A stretch of DNA of 63,977 nt, the filler included, from Folioceros fuciformis (Eukaryota), in NCBI GenBank assembly GCA_049999805.1. It is 5 parts of 4 records of this genome, joined end to end, with 100 filler letters (N's around TTAATTAATTAA, not from the genome) between each part and the next. Parts side by side here need not be neighbours in the genome. Positions count along the whole stretch, not along the records: positions 29,359 to 47,764 come from JBNGIO010005990.1; positions 47,865 to 55,551 come from JBNGIO010005994.1; 3 more parts are not named here. One strand, given 5' to 3'. Below, piece by piece: positions 36,004 through 49,332 of this stretch. Numbering within the stretch: the first letter of the stretch is position 1; the number at the start of each line of letters is the position of its first letter. The notes beneath the pieces were generated by a model. The model was not told where the DNA came from. It saw only the letters and a program-made list of their open reading frames with translations, and did no database searches. The position numbers and the translations under genes are program-made.

Positions 36004-37969
36004 ATGAGTCCAGCCACTGTTGAACCGACTCCACAGGCTGCCCGTCAATCGCTGGACGCAAACGCAGCCGAGAAGATAATTGAGTCTAGCAAGACGGTGA
36101 AGGGAGGCAGTGAGAAAACTGGAGCTTCTGGCACGACGGCAACTCTGGTTGTTGGAACTGGCAAATTCTGTTCCATTCACAAGGGAGAGCCCTTGGTTGA
36201 GCCACCAGTTGTTGAGGAAAAGCACCCTTCCGATTTCTGTGAAGGAGAGGCTCCTCCTCACTATGGGTTTGGGCGCATCCTAATCACCGGATTTTTACGC
36301 GGCCTGCTGGAGCGCTTGCACGTGTTGTCCATGTTGCCTGACGCCAACCTTGTGAGTAGGTGTGACTTCCTACTGCTGCGGCAGCAATAGGCATGGTGCA
36401 CGTCCGTTGTTGCACCCACGTAAGCTGAGGCAAAATTGTGTTGTATTGAGCATTCATTTGCGTAACTGCAGTCTCCAGAGCTTTGCATTAGATTGGTTCC
36501 AGAGGATGCGCAAGAGAAGTACGTGCAGCAAAGAAAGGTTCAACTTATGGAGGCGGCAGACAAGATGCATACTCTATTGTGGAGAAAGCCACCAGTGTCA
36601 AAATTCTGCGTCGAGCTTGAATGGCTGCAGCATGTTCTGCAGGCAACTTTGACAGAGGTATGGTCAGATTCTTCGTACATTGGGAGGAGGAAGTGATCTA
36701 ACCTACGCGTTGGTGGTTTGTTTTTATCAGGTGGAAGATTCAGGTAGTTTTGAGATCCTTTTGCGAATGTACGAGGAAGATGAGAAAAAGGAGGCCAAGT
36801 TGCCAGCCAGCCTTGAGCATGAGTTATGGTTGAAGCGTGACATGATCAATATTGCCATGCTCTTGGACGTGGAGGCAGCTGCACAAAGAGCACTTGATAA
36901 AGAGTGGAAGAAGATTCTCCAACATCTGAGGCAGGTAACGTGTTCTATGTGATTTCTTACTGCCCCAGAAAATGCATCTCGACATGTAGCGTGTTGCCTG
37001 ATTAACGTACTCTCCCTGCACAGGTGCTCAAGGACTTGAAAAAGGCCAACGCCATAGCTTTCAGATACAAGTAAGTGGGTTCGCAGCAGTGACTGAGTGC
37101 GTCATGGGGAATCACCAGATGTCCATATACTCGACAGTCGGTTCCATTTAGAATTTGTTATTGATGACTTTCCGACTTGATGAGCTTCGGAATTTTTTAG
37201 GACAGATAAGGCCATAGCAGCAGCAGACTGCAGCAGAAGAGCGCTTGACCTTAGGATTGCAGAACTGAAGAAGGCCAAAGAGCAGCTAAAAATTGATCTT
37301 GAGGTAAGCATGTGTCTGTCGTTTTACAAGGTTGGAGAACCCTTGTGTTGTCTTCAGCATTCCTAGTCGGTGCTCTAGTAACCCTCCTGAGGACATCACT
37401 AGTAAGCCTGGGTGGATGGAACAGGCCGAGAAGAAAGTACATGTGTACGCAGTTGAATTTTTGAAGAAGCAAAACTTAGCGCTTAGGGAAGAGGCTATTG
37501 CTTTGGCACAAGGAATTGAACTTGACTCTGTTAACATGGACGGCATGCTGAAGAGAATGAAAGAACAGAGAGATGATAAACAGAAACTTCTTGATGAACT
37601 GGAGCCCAGGTTGATAAGAATCCTCACTTGGTGTCATTGCCACGTTCATTATCTCCATCTCCAAGGTTTTTGGGAGGTGCAACAAACTGATTGACAATGT
37701 CTTCACGTTCTGATCAGGTACTTGCAACATCTTGCTGATCAGCAAGCGAAGGCGGATGAAAAGGAACGGCAGAGACTCCTGGACATTGAGATGCATGGAA
37801 TCAATGAGATGAGGTTGAAAGGAACCCTCAAGATCCAGAAGATCTGGAGAGGTCACCTAGGCCGTCTTATCGCGAGAAAAGAGAGGAGGAAAGCTAAGAA
37901 GAAGGCAAAGGACAAGAAAGGGAAAGGAGGAAAAGGTGGCAAAGGCGTGAAGAAAGGCAAAAGAAGATG
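36004..37969 (+). CDS. DRC9: Dynein regulatory complex subunit 9 / IQCG-like (coiled coil plus C-terminal IQ motif and basic tail), multi-exon; start approximate
   Basis: VLQATLTE|VEDSGSFEILL; long coiled coil; EKKVHVYAVEFLKKQNLALREE; IQ motif LKIQKIWRGHLGR followed by KKAKDKKGKGGKGGKGVKKGKRR*. This is the layout of IQCG/DRC9; the related DRC10/IQCD is not excluded. Confidence 0.72.
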
Positions 37970-38674
37970 AGGGGTTCTTCAGATGGAGTTTGGCTAGGGG
38001 GTTTCCTGCTCCAACTGTTTTACAGAATTATGTACATGGTAAGTGCACGGAAGCTGAATACGGTGGGCAATGGAGTATGTTGGCCGTACAGACCTGTACT
38101 TCGGGGAGGAGAACTGAGAAGTCAAACAAAGTACACAGCTGATCTCGTTCGACTTGATGAGTATTGACAACCGAATTGAGGACTGACACGCAATCAAGGC
38201 CCAGGCACTCACGCCTAGTAAAAAATTTGAACTCTTTAGACCCTTGAGTTTTGACGTGAGCTCATCTTGTTGCTCACTGTCACAGTAACTAGTCCCTGAG
38301 GACCGTCACAGTAACATGAGACCTGGGCCCTACAACTGTCTGGTCCTCTCGCGAAGCTGCAGTGCCGACCGCTGTCGCCGGTCCGGTCCAGGGTCCTCTA
38401 TTCCCGATCTGTCGCTTGTGTGTTGTCCTGTGTATTTCGACTGCAGCTGATTCTTAGACAGAAGCTTGATTCGCCGGGCGGTCGGACTTGCATGTGTTTA
38501 AGAGTGTGAGCTCGTAAACGGATGCTTTGGGAAGCTCCACAGCTCGGGGAACACATGACGTCAACATTTGGGTGTGATTTGCAACTAAAAATTGGATATG
38601 AACATTAAGCAAATCTATGAATTTCTTGCAATGATTTGCATGCGATTGAGTAATCCGGCCAAGTACTCTACAAC

Positions 38675-38890
38675 CCACAAAAGAGTGGTCCGAAAAATTA
38701 GGAATAATTCCAAGCCTACAATTGCCCAGCCCACAAAAGAGTGGCCCTAAAAATTAGGAACAATTCCAAGTCTACAAATGCCCAGCCCATAGAAGAGTGG
38801 TCCTAAAAATTAGGAATAATTCCAAGTCTACAAATGCCCAGCCCATAGAAGGGTGGTCCAGAAAAATAGGAACAATTCCAAGCCTACAGG
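38675..38890. repeat. Minisatellite, 56-bp unit x ~3.8
   Basis: Units CCA(C/T)A(A/G)AAGAGTGGTCC.AAAAATTAGGAA(T/C)AATTCCAAG(C/T)CTACAA.TGCCCAGC start at 38675, 38731, 38787 and 38843. They are followed by a 2x repeat TCTACTAAACACTTGTAAGCTCCCAGATCCT (~38918, ~38982). Confidence 0.92.
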
Positions 38891-39083
38891 TGCTCAATCA
38901 TTCTACTGAACTGATCGTCTACTAAACACTTGTAAGCTCCCAGATCCTTTGTGCTAGGCTGATCTTCTACTAAATTGATCTTCTACTAAACACTTGTAAG
39001 CTCCCAGATCCTAGGCTAGGCAACAACAGCAAGAAGAGTGGAAGCTTCAAGTTGGCAGAACACTTGCATCAGAATGTGCTAAG

Positions 39084-40628
39084 CTACTCTACAACAATTG
39101 TGGGAGTAGGAACCTGACGTGTTGCTCTAACACTTTCACTAGAAACAATATTCTTCCAAAACCAATGACTCTTCCAAATGTGCTCCATGTCATCTATAGG
39201 CACTCCACTAGTCTCTGGCAAGAAAAAGTAGATAAAGATTGTCATGATAAGCACCCAACCTGCAAAGAAAAGGAATATGCCATACTGAAAATGGCATAAC
39301 ATGCTCACGAAGGCTTGAGCAATTACAAATGTAAAGAGCATGTTGACGGAAACATTGATAGCTTGGCCTGCAGAGCGAGTTTCCATTGGGAAAATCTCAC
39401 TGGGAACGAGCCACCCAAGTGGTCCCCATGACCAGGCAAAAGCTGCTACGTATGTGCATATAACAGCAATAACTCCTATAGCAGCACCATTGGACAACTG
39501 TTTGCTACCACCAAATAAGTATGCAAGAATGGCGCCCACAGTGACTTGAGACATTATCATTTGGATGCCTCCCTGCAGAAACAATTTTCTGCGTCCGATT
39601 TTGTCCACAGCTACTATAGATACAAGAGTTGCTAAGAAGTTGACAACTGCTGAAATCACAGTGGAGTAAAGAGATGACTTGCTACCAAAGCCAATTGTCT
39701 GGAACAATACAGGTGCATAAAACATGATCGCATTGATTCCTGTAAGTTGCTGAAAGAAAGGAATCAACAATGTAATCACAAGTTGCGGCCTATTTCTCCT
39801 TTCCAATATGGTCTTGAATGGGTTGTCCACATTCTTGGCTTGCAAACTTGCTGCTAATATATCCTCAAACTCCTCATCAACTTCACGGAGTCCAACACCT
39901 CTGGTTTTGCACAAAACGTTCTTCCCATGTTGCAAATGACCCCTTTCAATCAGACTATTGGGTGTGTCCGTCAGAAAGAAACTACCCAACAACATCAAAA
40001 ATGCTGGAACTCCAGCCAGTCCAAGTGACCATTTCCATCCATCAGAGAGTGTTGACGTCCGATAGTTGATCAATCCAGCTACAAGAATACCCAAAGTGAT
40101 AGCAAGTTGAAACATCATGTTCAAAGATCCTCGTAGATGCGCAGGAGCCATTTCCGAAAGATATAAAGGAACTGACTGGTTTGCAAACCCCACTCCTACT
40201 CCCAACAGAATTCTCCCTATGATCAACATCGCTATATTGATGGCAAATCCATTCAAAAGAGCTCCACATAAAAAGCTGATAGCTCCTATGCGAATAGAGA
40301 CAATCCTTCCATACTTTCTGCTAGTTATAGATGCCACAAAGGAGGCCAAAAGAGCTGCAAGGTAAAGAGAGGATGTAAAGAATTGTAGAATGTGATTATC
40401 GAATTTACAATAATCATCTTCATGTGCCGATTGCTTGCGAGTATAGACAACAGGAAAGAATTTGATGAGAAAATCATCCATCCCTGTTACACCACCGGAG
40501 ATACCAATATCATATCCAAATATCACCCCACCGCTAGCTGCAACAATGCAAGCTATCAAAACAAACCAAGTGAGGTGCCCAGCATACTGTTTCCCATGAC
40601 TTTCTATCACAATACCCCCTCCAGCCAT
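39084..40628 (-). CDS. STP: Sugar transport protein (STP, MFS hexose/H+ symporter), intronless
   Basis: MAGGG start; [110 protein letters not shown]. Complete 514-aa ORF. Confidence 0.96.
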   Translation of the reverse strand: MAGGGIVIESHGKQYAGHLTWFVLIACIVAASGGVIFGYDIGISGGVTGMDDFLIKFFPVVYTRKQSAHEDDYCKFDNHILQFFTSSLYLAALLASFVASITSRKYGRIVSIRIGAISFLCGALLNGFAINIAMLIIGRILLGVGVGFANQSVPLYLSEMAPAHLRGSLNMMFQLAITLGILVAGLINYRTSTLSDGWKWSLGLAGVPAFLMLLGSFFLTDTPNSLIERGHLQHGKNVLCKTRGVGLREVDEEFEDILAASLQAKNVDNPFKTILERRNRPQLVITLLIPFFQQLTGINAIMFYAPVLFQTIGFGSKSSLYSTVISAVVNFLATLVSIVAVDKIGRRKLFLQGGIQMIMSQVTVGAILAYLFGGSKQLSNGAAIGVIAVICTYVAAFAWSWGPLGWLVPSEIFPMETRSAGQAINVSVNMLFTFVIAQAFVSMLCHFQYGIFLFFAGWVLIMTIFIYFFLPETSGVPIDDMEHIWKSHWFWKNIVSSESVRATRQVPTPTIVVE

Positions 40629-41618
40629 AATTGAAGAACTATGGAAGAAGGAAAGAAAGAAATATGACTTGAGGGATGATCTTGTGAAAGATCATAAATC
40701 GGAACAAGGAGATCAAGAGCACGCCTCTCACTCTACATATCTAGGCCACTCAATAGAACATGATCAACTCATCTCTCTTACTCCACATATATAGGCTACT
40801 CAACATACGATGTCTCGATCTTTCTATTGTAACTTCGAGAAGCTATTCAATATTATTACAAGGAATTTAAATATTGAAAGAGTGATTCATAAGAATATTA
40901 ATACTTTGTGTACTTAAGCTTTGATGTATTTAACTTTAAGAGTTACGAATCATCAAATTATCTTATTAGAGAGGGGACTCCTTTGGCTCTTAAACACCTG
41001 CTCGTTGCAAATCTAGGTGGGCTGATTAAATCTTTGTGTGCCTATACTGGTTCAACCCAGTCTGTGACATCTAGGTCTTATGATTTTCCAGAATTTCTAG
41101 AATATGTAATACATTGACTCGCAAAACAAGAAGCCCTGTCCTGTCGGATAGACCCGGTGACGATCAAGAGATGATAATTGAACACGTATACGTGATGATA
41201 ATCACGCAAAATAAAAACCGCCAAAATGGATCTAGAGCACGTAGCCTCAGCCTCCGGAGAGGCCCTTCGGCCCCTTTCCCCGCCAAAGGCTAACCTAGTT
41301 GGGACCATGTGGCCGAGAAATTGCGGAGAGTAGACCTATGGGATGGAGCGGACTTGTGGAAAAGTTGGCCTATACCGTCAGTGTAAGCAGCATTGAGAGC
41401 CCGCGTGAGTTTTCCCATGCCACGCACGGACTATGCCAAGAACGATATCCGGGCCATGCAGGACGGAGGTGAGTACTGGCGCACCCTCCTTCCCCAATCC
41501 AGCACCTCGGGAAGAAGGACGGAGAGGTGGTATGTAGCTATACAAAAGTAGACTAGCTTCATCGTGAAACTACAGCCTGACATGTACTGAGGCATATGAT
41601 TCAGGAGAAAAACTAAGG

Positions 41619-42739
41619 CTAGGGCTCCTGTAGAAATCCTTTGCCCTGGCAAGCAAGACAACTCCTAGATCCCGAGCAACCCGAACAGTAGCTCCACTTC
41701 TTGGCTAGCCTGCGAACACATCAGAGTGAAGTCAAGCGTGGTGCTGTTATGCAACTTCCATTCCATGACATCTGCAGCGACTGAACCAAGGAAGCAAGCA
41801 CAGCAGCAACTGCCATGCCATCTCTCAGCATGGAAGGAAGCAGATAGTTACCCTGCAGTGTAACGGGTAGCCACATCCTCCGCTCTCGCCCTGGCCCTAG
41901 CTGCAGCTTCTGGTGTCAAGTTTCTCATCAGAAACCCTTCACCTTTACACGAAGGGCATAAGCCAGAGCCTCCACAACTCCCACAGTCCTGAGCATAGGC
42001 GAAATGGAGTCACAGTGACTGAAATGACTACTCCTGAGGGAGAATCAGAATGTTATGCGTCGCACCTTCTTGGTAGGAATAACATCAGGCCTCTCCTTCT
42101 GCAGCTTGACAAGAGCGAACGCAGCTGCCCCGACAATCCCCACAGTGATGGCTGCCGTAGCGGCAATCGGCAACGCACCGCAAGACACGTCTCGTGCGGT
42201 GCTTGCCGCATCGGTTTCAGTCGTGATCCAGGTCTTCACCGGGACAAAGCTCTTGGGAGATGCAACCAAGATGTGCATCCTATACACCCTGGAATGGGGC
42301 ACGCATTACATGAACGCCCGGCGCGGCAGCGGGGCAGCAGCAACGCATGAAACCACGGCTGGAGCTCGCATCAACACACAGCGGTTACCTCACTGAGCTC
42401 TTGAGCTCGCCATTCTGGAACACACGAGACTCATGCTCAGGCGCAGCTGCTATGTGAGCAATTGCATCAAACAGCTGGCGCCAAAGCAGCAGCATGCGTC
42501 ACCTGGACATCCAACGCATTGCGGTGCGAATTTCGGGAGGGGAGAGGGTGTGGGGCTAGGAATCCGCCTGTAGTCAAGCACACCCAGGAGATGCAATTTA
42601 GGCATCGGCTGGAGGCTACAAGTTGATGGACACCCGGGCAGGCAGGAGACGCACCTTGCAGCGCGGGAGATAACCGAAATCCCGAAGGAGACCTCAGGCT
42701 GCAGTGTGAGCTCGTGCTGGCCAGCTGAAGGCTCGTCAT
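41619..42739 (-). CDS. DnaJ-type cysteine-rich zinc-finger protein, plastid-targeted (~6 exons)
   Basis: Transit-like MTSLQLASTSSHCSLRSPS; TM IAATAAITVGIVGAAAFALV; spliced exons DCGSCGGSGLCPSCKGEGF...ARARARAEDVATRYTAG|LAKKWSYCSGCSGSRSCLACQGKGFLQEP* (CxxCxGxG repeats). Confidence 0.85.
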
Positions 42740-43528
42740 GGATGCGTTCAAACTCTCACACAGGATTCCCTCTCAACGATCGTCAATGGACACTAGACAT
42801 TACTGGATCTTTGGAGATTTAATATCCTCTGTTGCGAAGTGCGGAAGCGATAAAAATGGGAACGGGCGGGGACGAATGTGGGAAAATCGGCTTCCAAGGG
42901 CAAACAGCGCGAAAAGATGTGTGGCGGGAATTGAAGGCTCGGAAGTAGGATTGCAAAACACAGAGCTGCACAANNNNNNNNNNNNNNNNNNNNNNNNNNN
43001 NNNNNNNNNNNNNNNNNNNNNNNNNNNNNNNNNNNNNNNNNNNNNNNNNNNNNNNNNNNNNNNNNNNNNNNNNGAGCTGCACAAGGCTTAGTAATGAAAA
43101 TGTTTGTACATTAATTGTCGACCTTGTCGTTTGCAATGGGACAAGATTGTGATGATCCAAAGCTCCAAAGAACCAAACCTATGCCTTTCCTTTCCCTTCA
43201 ATTGCTAAGGGTGTTCTCGAGCTAGAAAACGCCTGCTGAACAAAAGCAAGGTCGGTAAGAGTGGCATCCATCATCAATACCTCAAAACGCAGGCATCAAT
43301 CAGCAATGCACAACAACTCAAAAACAAGCTTGCTGAGAAAAAGGCAAGGTCAGCCAGAGTGGCATCCATCCGTACATTGACAAATGGGCGACAAAGACAG
43401 GAGACACGAAACACAGAGGTCTTCCAGAGAGCACTAAAATGAACTTAGTGAACAAGCACATCGATCTGTCCAAGATGCAGACACGGCCAGGTGTTTCGCA
43501 TGCCAACATCCGCTTCCATTGAGAGACT

Positions 43529-45286
43529 TCAACGTCGCAAAGAATAAGCTTTGCCACTGAACGGTTGGAATTTGGCTGGTGACTTGTTTTCAGCAAGCTC
43601 TTTCTCCTCCTGTTCTTTTCTGGGTGGCTCAGGAGCCTGCGTACCAAGAACCCGAAAAAATATGGTCAGACTACGACGGCTACTCACTGGCAGTCAAAGT
43701 TGTACAGGAAAAGCAATCAAAGTTTTTCTTTACCTTTACTTGACCTTGGCTTTCCTTGGCATTCGTCCCAAACACCAGCTTGCCAGCAGGCCTCTTAGAA
43801 GAGGTCCCCAAGGACGGAGAAGCTATCGGAGCTTTGCTTCCGGAGGCAGAAGCACCATTTGTGGCAGGCTGTGTGGTACCAGATCTGGCAGGCTTTCCAT
43901 CCAATCTTCTTCCAGTTCCTTGGAAGGCACTAAACTTTGGTGGTTCCGCAGGCTCAGGCATTTCTTTGGTGCCTGCACGCCATCCATCAGTGAAGAACTG
44001 GTTAGTTTGCATCGAATCCCCATGCACTGATCTATCAGACAGAAGTTTAACTAGGAAACATTTAACAGCCTGCTTCAGAAGTGTGACACTGTGTTTCGAA
44101 TTCGAGCTTTGACCTTGAGAGGTTGACGGCAAAGGAGGAGGGGCGCGCACAGGTTCTGGCTCCTTGTAGTCCAGTGGAGGGGCAAAGTCCACTTCGCAGT
44201 CTGTCTCTATAACGGAGACTGCAGCTGCAGGTTTTGCCTCAACAATGTCGATATAATACTTCTTGTTGTTGTACGCCACCATAATGTTATCCCCGACACT
44301 GAGGCACGAAAAGTTCCTCAATGTCGTCTCCAACCTGCCAACAAGTGTCCATACTGTGACATCCAGCAACCTTCCACGTGAAGATCATCATGCAAGATGA
44401 CCTAACCAGAAAGGCTGGCTCTTCCAACAAAAAGGGCGCGCTAGACAAAACTTACACGGCCTTCGGGTTGGAGATGTCCAAAAAGTCTTTCGTGTGGGGC
44501 TGCAACTTCACAAATGTTCCTTTCGGGAGAGTCGCACTCTTGATCCTCACAAGTTCTCCCTCTTGCAGAAGCATGTTCTGCATCATCTGCACATCCAGCT
44601 TTACAGTTACACCCGCCTCTCACTCGTTCACTACTTACACCTCTCTCTCAGGAGAAGACAGCACGCTCCAGAAAATGGCAAAGCTGAAGACACCAGCGTG
44701 AGAAACTTACCCAATACGGCATGTAGATCATGCCTTCTTCAGCCACGAACTCCAGAACACCACAATGCGAAGTGCGAAGCGCCGACGGATTATACACCTC
44801 AAAAAGCATGGGGTAGTCGATACGCAGGGACGCTGAAATAAGATCAGAAACCAGTTACAATCCCCCGACCACTAGAACTGCTGTAAAGCACAAATAAACT
44901 CACCTAAACGGTCGAGCGCTGATGGAGGCATGATGACTTCAGTATGCACACGGAACACGTCAAGTTAGAACCCCAAATTGCTCTCTCACGGACAACATCA
45001 AATGAATCCAACAAGGGCTTTGTAAATCACAAAGCATGTGCCTGAATCTCGCGGCGCCAGAGCTCAAAGTCCAGGCCTCACCTTTATTTCCATGCTCCAG
45101 ATGAGGCTGCATTAAAACATAACCATCAACACAGCTAATTCGCAGAGAGGAAGCATCGGGCACCACGAACGCCAACTACAAAGCACTCACCTTGTCAATG
45201 AAGGAAGCCGAATAGCACCTGTAACTCTGCTCGAATGGGGTAGAATTGGGGTACCTCATCCCCCCGTACCCTCCGTAGAAGTCCAT
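43529..45286 (-). CDS. UFD1: Ubiquitin fusion degradation 1 protein (multi-exon)
   Basis: [110 protein letters not shown] boxes [13 protein letters not shown] and [12 protein letters not shown]. Confidence 0.95.
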
Positions 45287-46422
45287 GGACTTAGTAGCAC
45301 CACAGTGACGATGGCACTTCGAACGCGCAGCGTAGCACCGAAGTGACGAGGGCACTCAGATTGCGCAGCGTAGCACCACAGTGACGATTCTCTTTTCTCT
45401 TTTTGCGGACGACTGACTCCTCTTAGACCGTCACAAGTATATACGGGCAGCTTGGTGCCTGACCTTTCGCGCACAACTGACATTTCTCTTTGGGCTCACT
45501 ACCAACATATATAGCAATAGTAGGTTCCGTCTCCATTACCGACGCCATAATGATGAGCGTCTAATTGAAGTCCACAAACGAATTCCGCACTTTTTCTTTC
45601 CTCCTTGGTTTGGGGTGAAAATTGCGCACTCTTGCGACAAACTCCCTGTGGCGTACCCATGTAAGAACCAGGAAGTTCAAGGGGAAGATTTCTTGCGAGC
45701 TCCCGTGCTCCTGCTGTTCATCGCTAGATGATACGCATGGCAGACCTCATAATGGCCGTCGGCAGTTCTATCGCAGCTGGTCCAAGTAAGACGAGTTCAC
45801 ATCATTGCTTTGTATTGTGAGTGATGGAACACACAGCGTGACAAACTGACAGATGCAATGACGGTCAGGTGAGGCATACGCAGTCACTTAGCAAGCTGAT
45901 AGGTAGCCAGGCATGTGATGTTGGCTCTTCCAGCTCATGATCATTAGTGTTCCAGCGCACGATTCTACTCGCCGAAGGCTGAATTATTGTTCTTTTTCAG
46001 CCTGAACATCGTCTTGTGGGGCCACCTGGCCTGGTGCTGGATTGGCCCAGTGACAGTTGCAAAACAACGTCCATACTTGTGATGGATACGTTCAAGCTAT
46101 GTGCAGTGCTCTGTCACTGCAGGTCCTTGTTATTTAGCAGCTGCCAATTCTTCGAGGGTCCTTTGACGTGTGAGGTTCACAGGGCCGGTTGGGGATTTCT
46201 AACAGCGCACGAAGTTCCTATCTTCTCAGATGGGAAGGGTATATAACCGCAAATGGCAAGTTCTTGATACTGGAAGGCACGACGGCGAATAGCATGGGTA
46301 AGCTGTGATGCAGCGGAAGGCTGTTGTGAATCTTCTTGAGAACGAGAAGTGTCCCACAGCTCATCGTGTATTTTAAAGTCGGGAGGGACTTAAAAAGTTT
46401 ATGCAGCGTGGAGGGACAGACC

Positions 46423-47383
46423 ATGGCCAGTCCGGAGGGAGGAGGAGTAGCGGATCTGCACACCGCAGCTCGGGCAGGAGATGTCTCAGCAATTCGCACA
46501 ATCTTAGCGGCCGAGCCGCAGTCTGTTAACGATCGGGATCGCCACTCTCGCACGCCGTATCCAACTCTGCTGTTTCTTTTTGCTCTGCAAACGGAACGTG
46601 TTGTATTTCCGGGTTGTAGGGTTTTAGGAGTGCCGATGCCCCGTAGCGGAGGTTGTGTGCAAGACCGTGGTGAATTGGGAGCACCTTGACAAATTCGCCA
46701 GGCTGCACTTGGCCGCCTGGGCAGGCCAGGCAGAGGCTGTGAGGTTTCTGTGCGAGAGAAATGCAGATGTAGGAGCAGCGGCTGCGGACGACATGGCCGC
46801 CATCCACTTTGCATGTCAGAAAGGGCATGCGGAGGTAACGCGGCTGCTCCTCGCAGCAGGAGCGCACCTGAATTGCCGCACGCGGAAGGGCATGACGCCG
46901 CTGCATTACGCGGCGCAAGGCCGGCACGAGGATACCGCCAAGGTCCTGATCAAGAGGGGCGCCAGCTTGTCGGCTCAGAACAAGGCGGGGAAGAGGCCCG
47001 GTGACCTGGCTCGGGATGAGGGTTTCCTGGCTGTCTTGGAAGCGGCAGCGGAGGAGAGGAGAAGGACAGAAGCTAAACGGAAGGAGCAGAAGAAGGCAGC
47101 ACATGCGCCTGCAACGAGGCCCGAGCTTACGTGTGTGCCCTCTGTGGAAGAAGTTGACGAGGAGGATGAGAGTGCGCCTGCTGTGGTCATAGGTCCCAGT
47201 CTGCCTACAAATTCTGAGCAGAGAGCAGCGCAGAAGGACGAAGCGGTAGCCGTGCAAACCGCCGACTCCGACCAGCCGGGAGTGGACGTCGACACGGAGG
47301 AAGCAACGAGGCCTTCTAAGAAGATCAGATTAGACGAGACTGCGTTGGAAGCGCAGGAGGATCAACAAGACTCTGCTGTTTGA
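46423..47383 (+). CDS. Ankyrin-repeat protein (2 exons) with acidic/basic C-terminal tail
   Basis: LHTAARAGD; NDRDRHSRTP|LHLAAWAGQ; AIHFACQKGH; GMTPLHYAAQG; NKAGKRPGDLA. Confidence 0.9.
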
Positions 47384-47764
47384 CGTGTTTTTCGAAGGCA
47401 AGACTCCGACATTGCGGGTGCTCCAGCAGGCCGCAGGGACACCGTGCTACCAGCATAACCAAGGACGGTATCTAGGGGTTGAACTGAGGTAGTTGAGAAG
47501 AGCCTTGCTTTCTCGCGAGTTCCAAGTGGACCCTTGGGAATTCATATATCTCTAGGATTAAACTTCTCTTCCAAATTTCCAGATTACCCATAGACAAGAC
47601 TTACCCATAGACAAGACTTCTACTTTGAGTAGAAACATGCCTCGCCTTAAAATGAAACTAATCTTACAACATCTGACAAAAGCAAAGACAAGAGGAATGG
47701 AGTGATTAGGGGTAGTAGTGCTGGTAGAGATGGGGTGGGAGCCCAGGGCTAAGTGCTGGGTAGC

Positions 47765-47864
47765 NNNNNNNNNNNNNNNNNNNNNNNNNNNNNNNNNNNN
47801 NNNNNNNNTTAATTAATTAANNNNNNNNNNNNNNNNNNNNNNNNNNNNNNNNNNNNNNNNNNNN
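47765..47864. other. Artificial contig join
   Basis: TTAATTAATTAA at 47809-47820 inside a 100-bp N block. Confidence 0.95.
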
Positions 47865-48417
47865 CAACCTGTCCACTCTTGTTCCTTGCTTGGTCAAGTG
47901 CTGTAGGCCGGCCATGTCTCATGGCGTCTGGTAAGGTTGTGGGGAGGAGATACCCAAGAGGGGAGTGTGTTCCCTTCTTCCTTTTGTTTGGGGTTAGTCT
48001 AGTGACTCTTGCCGGGTAGGAGGAGTCCGTAGGGAAGTGTAGAAGGTAGTGGTGTCGTTGCTGGTTGCTGGTAGTTGTTGGTGTTGATGCTGGAGTAAGA
48101 GAGTGAGTGATGTGAGTGAGGGAAGTCGCAGATCTGAGAGGTTAGGATCGTTGTAGTGACAAGAGTGAGTTTGTGGGCACCGAGAGAGGTGCAGCTGACC
48201 GCCGGACAGCGAGGCCTGTCCTACGCCTGATCGGAGCTGGAGGGGAGCCCTCGAATCCATCATCGAGTTGATCAAGTCCAACCCTCCATCCACAGCAGCA
48301 AGGAACCCCATCGCTCCTGCGTGGGAACGAAACCCAATGTCTCAACGACAGTGGGATAAGTGTGGCCACTAAAGGTGGAACCCGTTGGCAATCAGTGCCC
48401 GGGGTTTTGCCTCCACA
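47865..48417 (+). mobile_element. 3' portion of an LTR (3' LTR or solo LTR) of the same family as the element at 55652-62268
   Basis: 48371-48417 matches 55652-55698 at 45 of 47 bases and ends ...CTCCACA. It is not followed by a PBS. Confidence 0.8.
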
Positions 48418-49332
48418 TCTATAAATCAAATCTATTCCATTTCATGAAATTGCAAGCCCCTAAGTTAGAAGGCCCGAAAGGGCATGTAACATGCTTTGTG
48501 TGGATGACTTGAGACACTTGATCAATCTAAAGAAATAAGAAAAGGAACTCGCTCCTCTACAATTACGCAGCCCAAAAGAAAAAGGGCCTATGAACTCTTT
48601 AAGTTTGGATGAACTAATTAAGCTCAATAAAAAGCAGGGAAGATCTAATACAAAAGCAAAGCTCAATAAAGAGCAAGCAAACTATATAATAAGAAACAAC
48701 CTTAATAAAAATAATATTAATGATCAAAGTCTTGACAACTTAATCGAGCCTAATAAAATGCAAGTAAGATGTGGCGCTTGTCAATAATATAATGAAGAAA
48801 AACAAGCAAATCCTGCTAAGGAACAAATATCCTTAGAGCGAGTCTCCAAACATGGAAATAATAGAGTAGCAAGACAAAATGCACCCTACTCAGCATCCAA
48901 GGTTTGTAAATAGCCACTTTCCTATGTCATGTTTGTTGAGATGTCACCCCCGCCATGCTCAAAGGAGGTTAAAACAAGTTAGTTGAAGCAAGATGTAGAA
49001 TCCCAAAATTAAGAGCACTATAACAAGGCTCTTAAACTCAAATGAAAAGGAGAATTACAAAAACAACACAATACAAGTGAAGAGGGAGTTAGACTGCATA
49101 TACTAAATGGGTTCATCCCTTCTTTTATGGACCTATGGGTGGCACTCTCATTTCGTGCCCAATATGGGATAAATGACCCCAAACCCTACAATACTTTTTT
49201 GCCTTACATAGCAAAGTCTAATAAGCTATATATATATATTAATCATAACCTTAATCACTCTTACCACTAATTAGTACAAACTCAATAATCTGGATTAGCA
49301 CTAATTAATCTCAACATTAATCATGCTTAACA

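Noticed and set aside
38675..38890. Regularly spaced repeats resembling a CRISPR array
   Set aside because: Units are contiguous 56-mers without unique spacers; eukaryotic context and no cas genes. It is a minisatellite.
42963..43084. GAGCTGCACAA duplicated either side of a 100-N gap, looking like a target-site duplication
   Set aside because: More simply an unmerged contig overlap at a scaffold gap.
45540..46300. TGATGA-like boxes suggesting a snoRNA cluster
   Set aside because: No properly spaced C/D pair with terminal stem or rRNA guide identified.
48418..48912. AT-rich stop-interrupted frame (MNSLSLDELIKLNKK...)
   Set aside because: Low complexity and no recognisable domain; at most a decayed TE fragment.
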